From Verrucomicrobiales bacterium (GTDB lineage Bacteria; Verrucomicrobiota; Verrucomicrobiia; Verrucomicrobiales; V1-33), in contig JANOAV010000157.1 in assembly GCA_031411295.1 (NCBI GenBank), positions 64,001-128,000 on the forward strand: 64,000 nt of DNA, given 5' to 3'. Positions 40,167 through 49,994 of the stretch are shown here, one piece after another. A program made the translations under genes and the position numbers. The notes beneath the pieces were generated by a model, which saw nothing but the letters and a program-made list of their open reading frames with translations, made no database searches and had not been told where the DNA came from. Every line of letters starts with the position of its first letter. Position 1 is the stretch's first letter.

Positions 40167-42737
40167 TTAGTCGAGATAAAGCATGCCATTGGATGCCAGC
40201 AACGCCTGACACCAGGCGGCCCAGTCTTGATTGGAATTCGTCAGGAAAATCAATGCCTGCGAGGTTTCGTTCTGCGTGGGCGGACGGCCAAAGATTAATT
40301 CCCAACCACGCGCAATGCGCATTAAATGATCGTTCGGCACCTCCCGCTCCAACCGCTGCGCCATTGCCAGCGACTGCTCGGCAATGAACGCATCGTTCAT
40401 CAGCAGCAAACTTTGCTGCGCCACGGTTGTCGTCGGACGCACCTCACAGTTAGGCGACATCGTGGGCAGATCAAATGTCTCCAACACCGTCAGCGGACGA
40501 CTCCGCCGCTGCTCCATGTAAACACTGCGACGGAATGCGGCCTCGCCCAAAGTTTTCACTGCGATCACTTCCGAGTTTGGATTCAACTCCTCCACCCCCG
40601 TAACTACCTGCCCACCCGGATGTCGCGCCACTGCCACTGCTGGTCCGCCAGCGGTGAGATTTAATTTGCCCGCTACCGCCAAAATGCTATCGCGCAAACT
40701 CTCCGCATCCAACCGACGCAACGGATACCTTGCCAGCCATTGGTTGGCGGGATCCCGCTCACTGGACAACGCATTCTGTCCCGACTGTCGATAGACGGCA
40801 GACGTGACGATCAAGCGCTGCAGCGATTTCAACTTCCACCCGCCCTTCACGAATTCTCCCGCCAAAAAATCCAGCAACGCAGGATGAGATGGCCGTGCTC
40901 CCAGCGCTCCAAAGTCCCCGGTGGTCGCGACGATGCCACGACCGAAATGATGCATCCAGAATCGATTGACTAACACCCGTGCCACCAACGGATGATTGCC
41001 GCTCGTCAGCCACTGGGCATACGCCAGTCGCCTGCCGGTGGTGGGGCGCGCAGGATCCTTGGGCGAAATTTTTGGTGCCACCGCCGATAAGATTTCCAGT
41101 TCCCCTGGCAGCACCTTTTGCTTCGGTTGCTCATGATCGCCTCGGTGGAATAACACGGTCTCCACAGTGGATCCAGACGGCTCTGTTAAGGCCATGAGGA
41201 AATTTTCCAGCGGACGTGTGTTGCGGAACTCCTGAGTCTTTTTCCGCTCGGCAATGTTGATTTTCTCGGCCGCTCCATCAAACACATTGAGCAATCCTTC
41301 TGCCGTGCCCACGTTCACTCCGGGATTCTCTTTGAAGAACGCCTGCTGTTCTGCATCGCGCTTTCCGGGCTCAGTATTGCGTGCCGTGCGAATCCATTCC
41401 TGCTTCTCTGCCGGAAATTTCTTCAACCGTTCATCGAAAATTTCATCCAATCGTTGTTTCGCCCGCAACTGCCGATCGGCATCCTGCTTCACAGCCTCGG
41501 CCTCTATCTCCGCTGCCTTCTTTCGATCCTCCTCTGTGTAGAGGGAATACAGTCGCTCATTGGGCGCACGCCATTGCTTCCAATCCAGCGCAGGCTCAAA
41601 CAACGCTCGCAGGCGATGGTAATCCTCATGCGAGATGGGATCGTAGCGATGATCATGGCACTGCGCGCATCCCACGGTCAAGCCGAGCAATGATGAACTA
41701 ACCACTTTCAACGTTTCCGCCACCGCCTGATTCTTTGCCAAGGCCGCATCCGCCGGATTATCCCCCGTGCCGTCCGGGGCCATGCGGAGAAAGCCAGTGG
41801 CTGTTAGCAACGCTTGATTTCCTGGTTGGTGAATGCTGGCCAGGGCATTCTCATGCGTCACTGCCATCAGTTCATCTCCCGCCAGTTGCTCGCGAATAAA
41901 CACATCCCATGGCTTGTCGGCATTCATCGCCTCAATCACATAATCCCGATAATGCCACGCATGGGGTCGGGGCGAATCGATTTCCGTATAACCATTCGAG
42001 TCCGCATAGCCCGCCACGTCCAGCCAGTGCCGGCCCCAACGTTCGCCATACTGGGGCAGACTCAGCAGCCGATCCACCTGCTGCTCATAGGCATCCGGGC
42101 TGGTATCATTAACGAATGCCTGCAACTCTTCCGGGCTCGGTGGCAGGCCGATCAAATCAAACGAGAGCCGTCGCAGCAACGTCCTGCGATCCGCCTCAGG
42201 AGCCATCACCAGCCCCTGCGCTGGCAGTTTCTCCAACACGAACGCATCAATCGGATTTCGCACCCGAGCCGCGTCCACCGTTGGCACCGGCGGTTTGGAG
42301 ATCGGTTGGAAGGACCAAAATTCCCGATCCTCTTCGGTGAAAAACACCGCCGGCACTTGCTCTGGCTCCGCGCGCAAGGTAGGCGCACCCGCTGCAATCC
42401 ATTGTTCCAAAATCAAGATTTCCGCCGCAGTCACCTTCTTCTCCGACTTTGGCATCTCGCCTGCCTTCACCAATTTCAGCAGCAAACTCTGCTCCGGATG
42501 ACCCGGCACCATCACGGGTCCCTCTTCCGTGGACTTCAAGAGCAGCCGACGCAATCGCAGGTCCACCTCCCCTTCCATTTTACCCGCCTCACCATGACAC
42601 TGGAAACAATGCGCTTTAAGAATCGGCCGCACATCCCGCTCAAATGAAAGCCCAGCCTCCACTGTAGCAATGCTGAACAGAAGTAGCGAGCCACAGACAA
42701 GGAGCGTCTGGAGGGATCTGGGATTTTGAAACTGCAT
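40167..42737 (-). CDS. Planctomycete-type cytochrome c protein (PSCyt1 + DUF1549 + DUF1553)
   Basis: Probable start ATG 42737 (MQFQNP). SFERDVRPILKAHCFQCHG; FWSFQP; YGERWGRHWLDVAGYADS; GCAQCHDHRYDP; ARVLVNRFWMHHFGRGIV; RRLDAESLRDS. Confidence 0.92.
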   Translation of the reverse strand: MQFQNPRSLQTLLVCGSLLLFSIATVEAGLSFERDVRPILKAHCFQCHGEAGKMEGEVDLRLRRLLLKSTEEGPVMVPGHPEQSLLLKLVKAGEMPKSEKKVTAAEILILEQWIAAGAPTLRAEPEQVPAVFFTEEDREFWSFQPISKPPVPTVDAARVRNPIDAFVLEKLPAQGLVMAPEADRRTLLRRLSFDLIGLPPSPEELQAFVNDTSPDAYEQQVDRLLSLPQYGERWGRHWLDVAGYADSNGYTEIDSPRPHAWHYRDYVIEAMNADKPWDVFIREQLAGDELMAVTHENALASIHQPGNQALLTATGFLRMAPDGTGDNPADAALAKNQAVAETLKVVSSSLLGLTVGCAQCHDHRYDPISHEDYHRLRALFEPALDWKQWRAPNERLYSLYTEEDRKKAAEIEAEAVKQDADRQLRAKQRLDEIFDERLKKFPAEKQEWIRTARNTEPGKRDAEQQAFFKENPGVNVGTAEGLLNVFDGAAEKINIAERKKTQEFRNTRPLENFLMALTEPSGSTVETVLFHRGDHEQPKQKVLPGELEILSAVAPKISPKDPARPTTGRRLAYAQWLTSGNHPLVARVLVNRFWMHHFGRGIVATTGDFGALGARPSHPALLDFLAGEFVKGGWKLKSLQRLIVTSAVYRQSGQNALSSERDPANQWLARYPLRRLDAESLRDSILAVAGKLNLTAGGPAVAVARHPGGQVVTGVEELNPNSEVIAVKTLGEAAFRRSVYMEQRRSRPLTVLETFDLPTMSPNCEVRPTTTVAQQSLLLMNDAFIAEQSLAMAQRLEREVPNDHLMRIARGWELIFGRPPTQNETSQALIFLTNSNQDWAAWCQALLASNGMLYLD

Positions 42738-42915
42738 GAGAATGGAGGCAATGAAGAAACCTCCATTGTGCGGCTGGGTCAAAATCCTTCCGTAACCTTT
42801 ATAAGTATGCGGAGCCCACGGGAAGCAGCTCTCGGTGCCCGCTGTCTGAAGCCGCCAGTGATAACACTGTGGAATTGGCATAGCGCTTGCTCCTGAGGAC
42901 AGTCCATTCCTTCCT

Positions 42916-45366
42916 ATGAAACCCATTTCCCTCTTCCTCGCTGCATTTCTAACCGCATCCTCGGTTCGAACCACCTATGCCATCACCGTTTACTGGGACA
43001 GCAATGGGGCGACGCTCGGTGCTGGTGGAGCCGCGCCCACAGGGATCTGGGGCACGGATGCCTTTTGGAGCACAGACTCCGCTGGCGGCGTGGCCACGGC
43101 GGCTTGGACGTCTGGAGATACCGCAGTCTTTGCGGCGGGAACGGATGCCATCGGAGCCTATACCGTAACCGTCAATGGCACCCAGACAGCAGGCGGGCTC
43201 ACCATTGAGGAGGGCTCCGTTAGCTTCGCTACTGGCACGGTATCCGTGGGTGCGGGAGCCATTGTCGTCGGAGCTGGAGCCACCTTAAGCACCGATAGTA
43301 ATGCGCGCATTGTTACCACTGCCGGATCGACGGTGACATTGGATGGAGGCACGTTGCGAACCACCAATACCGGAACGGCAGGCACCTTCTTCGACACAGA
43401 CTCGCAAATTATTCTTGGGGCTGCCGGAGGCACGTTTGCTTACAGCGTTACCAACGTTTTAAACATTGTGCAAACCGCCACAAAGATCACAGGCACCGGT
43501 TCCTTGACCAAAACCGGACCGGGTGTCCTCGCCATCGCGAGCACCGCCGGCAATAACACCTATTCCGGCGGCACGATCATCAATGATGGCGAACTGCGAA
43601 TGCGAACGGTTGTAAATACGCTGCCCGTGACTACCGCGGTTACGGTAACTAGTCCGGGGATTTTCAATCTGAACGGTGTCAGCACACAAATCGGTTCATT
43701 GACTGGCAATGGCAATGTGGGGACTGATGCGGGGACCCTTACCATCAGTGGGGCCACCAGCACCACGTTCGATGGGGCGCTCAAGAACATTGCCAACGCC
43801 GGGGCTGCCGGGGTCACGACGGGGAATGGCCGACTCATCAAGGACGGGGCCGGGGTCATCACCTTCAATGGCTTGAATGACATCAACGGCAGCGTCACCC
43901 TGATCGCTGGCGGCATTATTGTGACTGCAGGTGCTTCACTCTGCGGCCCGATTGCTGATGTCACCGTCAACGGCGGAACCCTAACCCTCAACAATAGTGC
44001 GCAGAGCATTGAGAATCTGGCAGGCACGGGAGGCACGATTAAACTTGATGGCCTCAATCACATCCTCACCTCTGATCCGATTGGCAGCACCACCTACGCT
44101 GGAACTATCGCCGGTATCGGTGGTATCACCCGGCTAAACGCCAGCGCGACCAAACGAACCCTCACCCTAACCGGACCAAACACCTATGACGGCCCGACTT
44201 TGGTCAGTGCAGGTATCATCGCAGTAGGTTCCGCCACCGCCCTCGGCAGCACCGTGGGCGCTACCGAGGTGGCCAACGGGGCGGAAATCCTCTTCACGGG
44301 AGTGGCGGCAAATTTTACGGTCAATGAGGCTTTCAAAATCGCGGGAGCGGGAGCTACCGATGGTGGGGCCATTTCCGTCATCTCCAGCGCAGCGCCAACG
44401 ATCAGCGGCCCCATCACGCTGTCGGGAGATACCACCATCACCGTTTCCGGCAGTGCTTCCGCGACATTTAGCAATCCGGCTGCGTTCACCTCGCTTTCCA
44501 ATCAAAACCTCACACTAACAGGTGGGGCCAACGCCAGCGGGACTAAGTTAGTTTCTGGGGTCATTGCGCTTGGGACTGGGAAACTCACCAAAGCACAAGG
44601 AGGAACCTGGATTCTGACCGCCGCTAATACTTACAGCGGCATTACCGATATTCAGGCCGGAATACTTCAGTTGGGCACGGGATTGGCTGGCGCAGACGGG
44701 ACCATTGCCAACAGCACTGGCGTGAGCATCGCGACTGGTGCTTCGCTTAACTTCAATCGCTTTGGCAATGACAGCTTTAGTGGAAGCATCAGCGGATTAG
44801 GATCGGTCACCAAGGCCGGTCCCGGGGTGCAGACACTTGCGGGAACCAACACCTACAGCGGTTCCACCAACATTACGGGCGGCACACTGCTGCTCGGTTC
44901 AGCCACGGGCCTATCCAGCGCAGCCAACGTTACCCTCAGCACCGGCACCCTGAAGACCGGTGGCTACAGCGGGACGACCACCGGCAGCCTCAGCTTGAAC
45001 GGAAACAGTGTGATCGATTTCATCGACGCCACTTCCGTCCTCGCATTCAACTCCAATGTCACCGGCAGTTGGTCAGGCATTCTTTCCATCTGGAATTGGG
45101 ATGGATCGGTGTGGGCGTCCGGAGGCACCGAGAAACTAATTTTTACCAGCAGCACCCTAACCGCGCCCCAGTTGGCCTCGATTCAGTTTTATAGTGACGG
45201 CGGGGACACCAAAATTGGCACCGGGGCCGACTTTTTGAGCGGTGCGGGAAATGGCGAACTGATTCCGGTTCCGGAACCGTCTGCGCTGCTCGGTGGCTTG
45301 TTTCTGGGAGTTGCCATCGGATATCGTGAACGGAGGAAACGCGCCGCTTTTACGCGTGAGGCCTAG
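42916..45366 (+). CDS. PEP-CTERM surface protein with autotransporter-associated beta-strand repeats
   Basis: Signal peptide; repeated LTKxGxGxxxLxxxNTYSGxT units; C-terminal VPEPS + hydrophobic helix + RERRKR. Confidence 0.92.
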   Translation: MKPISLFLAAFLTASSVRTTYAITVYWDSNGATLGAGGAAPTGIWGTDAFWSTDSAGGVATAAWTSGDTAVFAAGTDAIGAYTVTVNGTQTAGGLTIEEGSVSFATGTVSVGAGAIVVGAGATLSTDSNARIVTTAGSTVTLDGGTLRTTNTGTAGTFFDTDSQIILGAAGGTFAYSVTNVLNIVQTATKITGTGSLTKTGPGVLAIASTAGNNTYSGGTIINDGELRMRTVVNTLPVTTAVTVTSPGIFNLNGVSTQIGSLTGNGNVGTDAGTLTISGATSTTFDGALKNIANAGAAGVTTGNGRLIKDGAGVITFNGLNDINGSVTLIAGGIIVTAGASLCGPIADVTVNGGTLTLNNSAQSIENLAGTGGTIKLDGLNHILTSDPIGSTTYAGTIAGIGGITRLNASATKRTLTLTGPNTYDGPTLVSAGIIAVGSATALGSTVGATEVANGAEILFTGVAANFTVNEAFKIAGAGATDGGAISVISSAAPTISGPITLSGDTTITVSGSASATFSNPAAFTSLSNQNLTLTGGANASGTKLVSGVIALGTGKLTKAQGGTWILTAANTYSGITDIQAGILQLGTGLAGADGTIANSTGVSIATGASLNFNRFGNDSFSGSISGLGSVTKAGPGVQTLAGTNTYSGSTNITGGTLLLGSATGLSSAANVTLSTGTLKTGGYSGTTTGSLSLNGNSVIDFIDATSVLAFNSNVTGSWSGILSIWNWDGSVWASGGTEKLIFTSSTLTAPQLASIQFYSDGGDTKIGTGADFLSGAGNGELIPVPEPSALLGGLFLGVAIGYRERRKRAAFTREA

Positions 45367-46040
45367 ACTAAGGCATGCTCGCGGAAACTGAAATAGCCCT
45401 GGGGGTAAGCTTCGCTAACTTGTCCGAGAATCACGTGATCCACGAAACGGGCCTGCATCAATTCGGCGGCATCTTTGATGCGACGGGTGAACTGACGATC
45501 TGCTCCGCTGGGTGAACAATCACCACTGGGATGGTTATGCACCACCGAAAAAGCATAGGCTCCATGCACGATGACGGGGCGCAGGATATCGCGAACATTG
45601 GCCGTGACTTCGTTGACACTGCCCAAATGAATTTCCTGGACGGACATGAGCGTGAGCCGTGTGGTCATGAGGACCACGCGGAGAGATTCCTTCGCTAACA
45701 TGCGCATTTCCGGTCCCAGCAACTCCGCGATGGCCTCCGGGGTATCAATCGGACGATTGACAAAGCGCTCGGCGGCCATGCGTTTACCCAGCGCCAGAGC
45801 GGCCGCCAGGTGAATGGCTTTGGCCTCCCCCACCCCTTTTTGTTGCATCAACTCAGGCACATCCACGCGGCTCAACTGGCTCAAACTATTCCCATACCGG
45901 GCCAGCAGGGCTTTGCTCATTTCCACCACATTGAGCCCCGCAGTGCCAGTGCCAAAGAACAACGCCAACAATTCGGCAACAGACAGTGCTTGTTCGCCCA
46001 ATGCCAGAAAACGCTCACGCGGCATGTCCGACTTGGCCAT
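45363..46040 (-). CDS. radC: RadC/JAB domain protein
   Basis: MPRERFLALGEQALSVAELLALFFGTG; GVGEAKA; HNHPSGDCSPSGAD; DHVILG. Start uncertain (ATG 46040, or GTG 46103 overlapping glnS). Confidence 0.9.
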   Translation of the reverse strand: MAKSDMPRERFLALGEQALSVAELLALFFGTGTAGLNVVEMSKALLARYGNSLSQLSRVDVPELMQQKGVGEAKAIHLAAALALGKRMAAERFVNRPIDTPEAIAELLGPEMRMLAKESLRVVLMTTRLTLMSVQEIHLGSVNEVTANVRDILRPVIVHGAYAFSVVHNHPSGDCSPSGADRQFTRRIKDAAELMQARFVDHVILGQVSEAYPQGYFSFREHALV

Positions 46041-46075
46041 GTCCTTGAGTCGCGTCGATGCTGGCGCAGTCGCGA

Positions 46076-47773
46076 TTAGCTCTTCTGAACGATCTTCGCC
46101 CACGTGTCTTTCAGGGTGACGGTGCGATTGATAACAATTGCTCCAGGCTTGCTGTGTTTGGTATCGATGCAGAAATAACCCGTGCGCTCGAATTGGAATC
46201 GGGAACCGGCAGGCAAGTCCAGCACGGCACACTCCACCTTGGCGTTAGGTAAAATTTCCAAGGAATCTGGGTTGAGATAATCCTCGTAATCCTTGTCCTC
46301 CGGAATATCGGCCAGATCGGGCAGCGTGAACTGGCGATCATAGAGCCGCACTTCCGCATTACCAGCTTGAGGCGCGCTGAGCCAATGAATGACAGCGGTG
46401 CCTTTCTTGGGGGCAACGTTGTGGCTGGTGGGATCGTAGGTGCAACGGAGTTCCGTGATGTTGCCAGCGGCATCCTTGATGACTTCCTCACAGGTGATGA
46501 GGTAGGCGTAGCGAAGTTTCACGGACTTGCCGACACTGAGTCGGAAATATTTCGGCGGCGGGATTTCCATGAAATCGTCGTGCTCAATGTAAAGCTCCCG
46601 GCTGAAAGGAATGTTCCGCACGCCGCCTTCCGGGTCTTCGGGATTGTTGACGGCTTCGAGTTGTTCCAATTGGCCTTCGGGGTAATTCGTGATGACGACC
46701 TTGAGCGGTCGCAACACGCCGAGGAAGCGGGGGGCTGCTTTATTTAAATGCTCGCGGATGCAGAACTCCAAGACGGCTACATCGGTCTGACTGTTGAATT
46801 TCGTCAGGCCGATTTTCTTGCAGAAATTGCGAATCCCTTCCGGCGTATACCCCCGACGACGCAGGCCACAAATGGTGGGCATCCGCGGATCATCCCAACC
46901 ATCCACCAAGCCCTTTTCCACCATTTGCAGCAGCTTCCGCTTGGACATGGCGGTATAGGTTAGATTGAGACGGGAGAACTCGATTTGGCGGGGATGGCTC
47001 GGAGCACTAACATTATCGATGAGCCAGTGGTAAAGGGGGCGATGATCCTCGAATTCCAAAGTGCAGACGGAATGGGTGACGCCTTCGATGGCGTCCGAGA
47101 ATCCGTGCGCCATGTCGTAGGTGGGATAGATGCACCATTTGTCACCAGTGCGATCATGCGGCACTTTCTTGATGCGATAGAGCACGGGATCCCGCAGATT
47201 CATATTGGCGGAGGCCATGTCAATCTTCGCGCGCAAGGTGCGGCTGCCGTCGGCAAATTCCCCTGCCTTCATGCGGGCGAACAAATCGAGATTTTCGGCC
47301 ACCGAGCGGTCCCGGAAAGGACTGTTTTTCCCTGCTTCCGTCAGCGAGCCCCGCGTGAAGCGCGTTTCCTCAGCATTCAAATCGCAAACGTAGGCCAGAC
47401 CCTTTTCAATCAACTCGATGGCCCAGGCGTGAATCTGATCGAAGTAATCGGACGCATGGAATAGGCTCTCCCCCCAGTCGAAGCCCAGCCAACGGACGTC
47501 TTCTTTAATGGATTCGACATACTCCATGTCTTCCTTCACAGGATTCGTGTCATCGAAACGCAGGTGGCAGCGGGAGCCGGGGTTCTCCTGGGCCAGACCG
47601 AAATTTAAGCAGATCGACTTCGCGTGGCCGATGTGGAGATATCCGTTGGGTTCGGGAGGAAAGCGCGTTACCACGAAAGGATGCTTGCCGGAGGCAAGAT
47701 CGTCCCGGACGATTTCGCGAATGAAATCGAGGGATTCAACAGGGGGATCGGTGGCAGCAGACGGTTGGGACAT
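46076..47773 (-). CDS. glnS: Glutamine--tRNA ligase
   Basis: TRFPPEPNGYLHIGHAKSI, LRFDDTNP, WCIYPTYD, CTLEFEDHRPLY, MSKRKL, FQFERTGYF. Start ATG 47773. Confidence 0.96.
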   Translation of the reverse strand: MSQPSAATDPPVESLDFIREIVRDDLASGKHPFVVTRFPPEPNGYLHIGHAKSICLNFGLAQENPGSRCHLRFDDTNPVKEDMEYVESIKEDVRWLGFDWGESLFHASDYFDQIHAWAIELIEKGLAYVCDLNAEETRFTRGSLTEAGKNSPFRDRSVAENLDLFARMKAGEFADGSRTLRAKIDMASANMNLRDPVLYRIKKVPHDRTGDKWCIYPTYDMAHGFSDAIEGVTHSVCTLEFEDHRPLYHWLIDNVSAPSHPRQIEFSRLNLTYTAMSKRKLLQMVEKGLVDGWDDPRMPTICGLRRRGYTPEGIRNFCKKIGLTKFNSQTDVAVLEFCIREHLNKAAPRFLGVLRPLKVVITNYPEGQLEQLEAVNNPEDPEGGVRNIPFSRELYIEHDDFMEIPPPKYFRLSVGKSVKLRYAYLITCEEVIKDAAGNITELRCTYDPTSHNVAPKKGTAVIHWLSAPQAGNAEVRLYDRQFTLPDLADIPEDKDYEDYLNPDSLEILPNAKVECAVLDLPAGSRFQFERTGYFCIDTKHSKPGAIVINRTVTLKDTWAKIVQKS

Positions 47774-47921
47774 AACAAAAACAGAGTTTGGTAAAGAGGG
47801 AACGAGATGCTTCGCGAAATCGGCCGCAGAATCAACCGCAATGATCGAAATGCAGCAAATGAAGGAAAAAATTTTGACAACGCGCAACTCATCGCCTAAA
47901 GAATGCTTCGCAGCAAACCAA

Positions 47922-47995
47922 GCACCCATAGCTCAATTGGATAGAGTATTTGACTACGAATCAAAAGGTTCCAGGTTCGAGTCCTGGTGGGTGCA
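47922..47995 (+). tRNA. tRNA-Arg (anticodon ACG); CCA not encoded
   Basis: Acceptor stem GCACCCA/TGGGTGC, D-arm GCTC-AATTGGATA-GAGT, anticodon arm TTTGA-CTACGAA-TCAAA, T-arm CCAGG-TTCGAGT-CCTGG. Confidence 0.97.
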
Positions 47996-48018
47996 CTTTA
48001 CTTTTTGAACCATCTGCG

Positions 48019-48045
48019 GCCGCCATTAATTTTGGCGGCATTTTT
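48019..48045 (+). terminator. Intrinsic terminator after tRNA-Arg
   Basis: GCCGCCA-ttaattt-TGGCGGC followed by ATTTTT. Confidence 0.75.
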
Positions 48046-48086
48046 GTGCCGATCACTGGGCATCTGAACAAAAGAAGAAAAAATAG

Positions 48087-48122
48087 TTGCGAAAGCCACG
48101 GACTGCCATACCGTGTATGGCA
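48087..48122 (+). promoter_or_regulatory. Putative vapBC promoter with overlapping palindromic operator
   Basis: TTGCGA (48087)-N16-TACCGT (48109). Perfect inverted repeat TGCCATAC-cgt-GTATGGCA at 48104-48122, ending on the A of the ATG. Confidence 0.65.
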
Positions 48123-48361
48123 TGAAAATGACAATGCACATAGATGAACCCTTACTCAAATCCGTCATGGACGCCTATAACTTCAATAGCAAGACAGACG
48201 CCGTGGATTCCGCCCTCCGGGAAATGATCCGCCGCTTCAAAATCCGCCAGTTTGCCAAGGACGGCCTTGGTTTCTCTGCGGATGAATTGCGCGCCTCGGT
48301 AGACGCGGATTATGATCCAAGGACCCTCCGTGTGGCCGAAGACTCTCCCGGCCATGCGTGA
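48122..48361 (+). CDS. vapB: VapB-type antitoxin (DUF2191-like ribbon-helix-helix)
   Basis: MKMTMHIDEPLL...SKTDAVDSALREMIRR pattern; overlaps the downstream PIN gene. Confidence 0.85.
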   Translation: MKMTMHIDEPLLKSVMDAYNFNSKTDAVDSALREMIRRFKIRQFAKDGLGFSADELRASVDADYDPRTLRVAEDSPGHA

Positions 48362-48767
48362 GGAGTTACCCGTGATGGTGGACAGCAACGTCTTCATCAA
48401 TTGCTTAAAAAAGGGCCTCGATCCGGTGGAGCAATTGTCCGAACGGTATTCCGTTTCGGAGCTGGTGACCTGCGGCATGATCAAGCTCGAGGTGCTCCGG
48501 GGTATCAAGAACTTGAAAGTGCGGGATCGCCTAGCCGAATTCATGAGCATCATGCAATACGTCGTGGCAGACAACCGGATCTGGGAGGAAGCCACCGAGA
48601 TCGCGTGGCGGCTCAGTCGCACCGGAAGCTCGCTGGCAGGCGCAGATGCCGTGATTGCAGCATCCGCCGTGCGTGCTGATGCGGTCCTGTTGACGGCGGA
48701 TCGGGACTTTGAGCCAATTGGAAACTTGGATCTGGACTTCCGTTTGGAGCGGCCGTTCTGGCTCTAG
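48354..48767 (+). CDS. vapC: VapC PIN-domain ribonuclease toxin
   Basis: PIN acidic residues in VDSNVFI, KLEVLRG, ADAVIAASA and LLTADRDF. Start ATG 48354. Confidence 0.9.
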   Translation: MREELPVMVDSNVFINCLKKGLDPVEQLSERYSVSELVTCGMIKLEVLRGIKNLKVRDRLAEFMSIMQYVVADNRIWEEATEIAWRLSRTGSSLAGADAVIAASAVRADAVLLTADRDFEPIGNLDLDFRLERPFWL

Positions 48768-48774
48768 CCTCTGA

Positions 48775-49341
48775 CTAGTCGCGAGCCCGTGGCTCACGGT
48801 CAATCGCTCCCTCAGCACCGCCCGAAGATACGAATGGCCCGCCAGCCAGCGGGGCAATACCCGTGAAAGCCACTTCTGGCACGTCGGTGGATTTTCCTGC
48901 CAGCGGAAACTCTTTGCGCAGCGGGAAATACGGATATCCATCCCACATCAGAATGCGGCGGAGGTCTGGGTGATTGGAGAACGTAATGCCCATCATGTCA
49001 TAGACCTCGCGTTCGTGCCAATTGGCGGTGGGGTAGATATCGGAAACGGTGGGGGCCTCCGTGTCGTCCTCGCTAATGGGGAACTTAATCCGCAAATGGC
49101 TTTTGCCGCTGATGCTGTAGATTTCGTAAACCATCTCGAAGCGAGGATCCTGCCCCATGTGGTCCACGCTGGAAATATCCAGCATCAGATCGTAGGCCAG
49201 TTCATCGCGACAATATTTGATGAGGGCGTAGGCCACTGCCTTGGTGGTGTGGATGGTCGTTTCGCCACGGAATTCGACCACCGCGGTCACGCCGTCGTTA
49301 AATTTGGATTTGAGCGCTTGGGCAGATTCTACAGCAGTCAT
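48775..49341 (-). CDS. nuoC: NADH-quinone oxidoreductase subunit C
   Basis: RFEMVYEIYS; ANWHEREVYDMMGITFSNHPDLRRILMWDGYPYFPLRKEFP. Confidence 0.95.
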   Translation of the reverse strand: MTAVESAQALKSKFNDGVTAVVEFRGETTIHTTKAVAYALIKYCRDELAYDLMLDISSVDHMGQDPRFEMVYEIYSISGKSHLRIKFPISEDDTEAPTVSDIYPTANWHEREVYDMMGITFSNHPDLRRILMWDGYPYFPLRKEFPLAGKSTDVPEVAFTGIAPLAGGPFVSSGGAEGAIDREPRARD

Positions 49342-49362
49342 GAGCTTGGTTCGAAAATCAGG

Positions 49363-49902
49363 TTAGGCGTGCAACGAATCGATCAGAACCTTCTTTTGAT
49401 CTTTGAATGAATGCTCCGTTTCAATTTTCTTCTGCAAGCGCATCAGCCCTTCCAGCAATGCTTCGGGGCGGGGAGGACATCCGGAAATATAGACATCCAC
49501 GGGTAACAATTGATCGATCCCTTGCAGCACCGCATAGCTACGATACATCCCGCCACTGGAAGCACAGGCACCCATGGCGATGCACCATTTTGGCTCTGGC
49601 ATTTGATCCCAGATCCGCTTTACGGCCAGCGCCATTTTATAGGTCACGGTGCCCGCCACGATCATGACGTCCGCCTGGCGTGGACTGAACCGCATGACCT
49701 CTGCACCAAAGCGGGAAATATCAAAACGGGAAGAAGCGGTGGCCATCAGTTCGATGGCGCAACAGGCCAATCCCATGGGCATGGGCCACAGCGAGTTCTT
49801 CCGCATCCAGTTGATGGCTGCGTCCAGCTTGGTGAAAATAATGTTGCCCTCGATCTTGGAATCGTAAGCGGCATGGGTCAGGATTTGCGAAGCGTCTTCC
49901 AT
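49363..49902 (-). CDS. nuoB: NADH-quinone oxidoreductase subunit B
   Basis: [47 protein letters not shown]. Confidence 0.97.
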   Translation of the reverse strand: MEDASQILTHAAYDSKIEGNIIFTKLDAAINWMRKNSLWPMPMGLACCAIELMATASSRFDISRFGAEVMRFSPRQADVMIVAGTVTYKMALAVKRIWDQMPEPKWCIAMGACASSGGMYRSYAVLQGIDQLLPVDVYISGCPPRPEALLEGLMRLQKKIETEHSFKDQKKVLIDSLHA

Positions 49903-49948
49903 AAAATATGGGCGAAATTAGGCCTAGGGCCGGGTGGCGCAAGGGAGA

Positions 49949-49966
49949 TTGTGAAATAATTCACAA
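49949..49966. promoter_or_regulatory. Rex-type operator upstream of nuoB
   Basis: TTGTGAA-ATAA-TTCACAA is an exact match to the Rex consensus TTGTGAA-N4-TTCACAA, ~47 nt upstream of the nuoB ATG. Confidence 0.75.
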
Positions 49967-49994
49967 GCCGGCTGGCGCAACCACTAGGAACAGC

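Noticed and set aside
42738..42915. Possible riboswitch or structured RNA between divergent genes
   Set aside because: Only imperfect stems (CTTCC...GGAAG, CAGC...GCTG on the minus strand) and no family consensus I can match; an Rfam search would be needed.
42738..42974. N-terminal extensions in the ORF track (DUF1549 gene; likewise glnS, radC, tolC, gluQ, serine hydrolase)
   Set aside because: They overlap neighbouring genes or the tRNA, or precede the evident signal peptide or first motif; downstream starts were used.
45363..48767. Integrative element at tRNA-Arg (radC plus a TA module)
   Set aside because: No integrase and no duplicated tRNA 3' end seen; radC is the full-length chromosomal type next to glnS.
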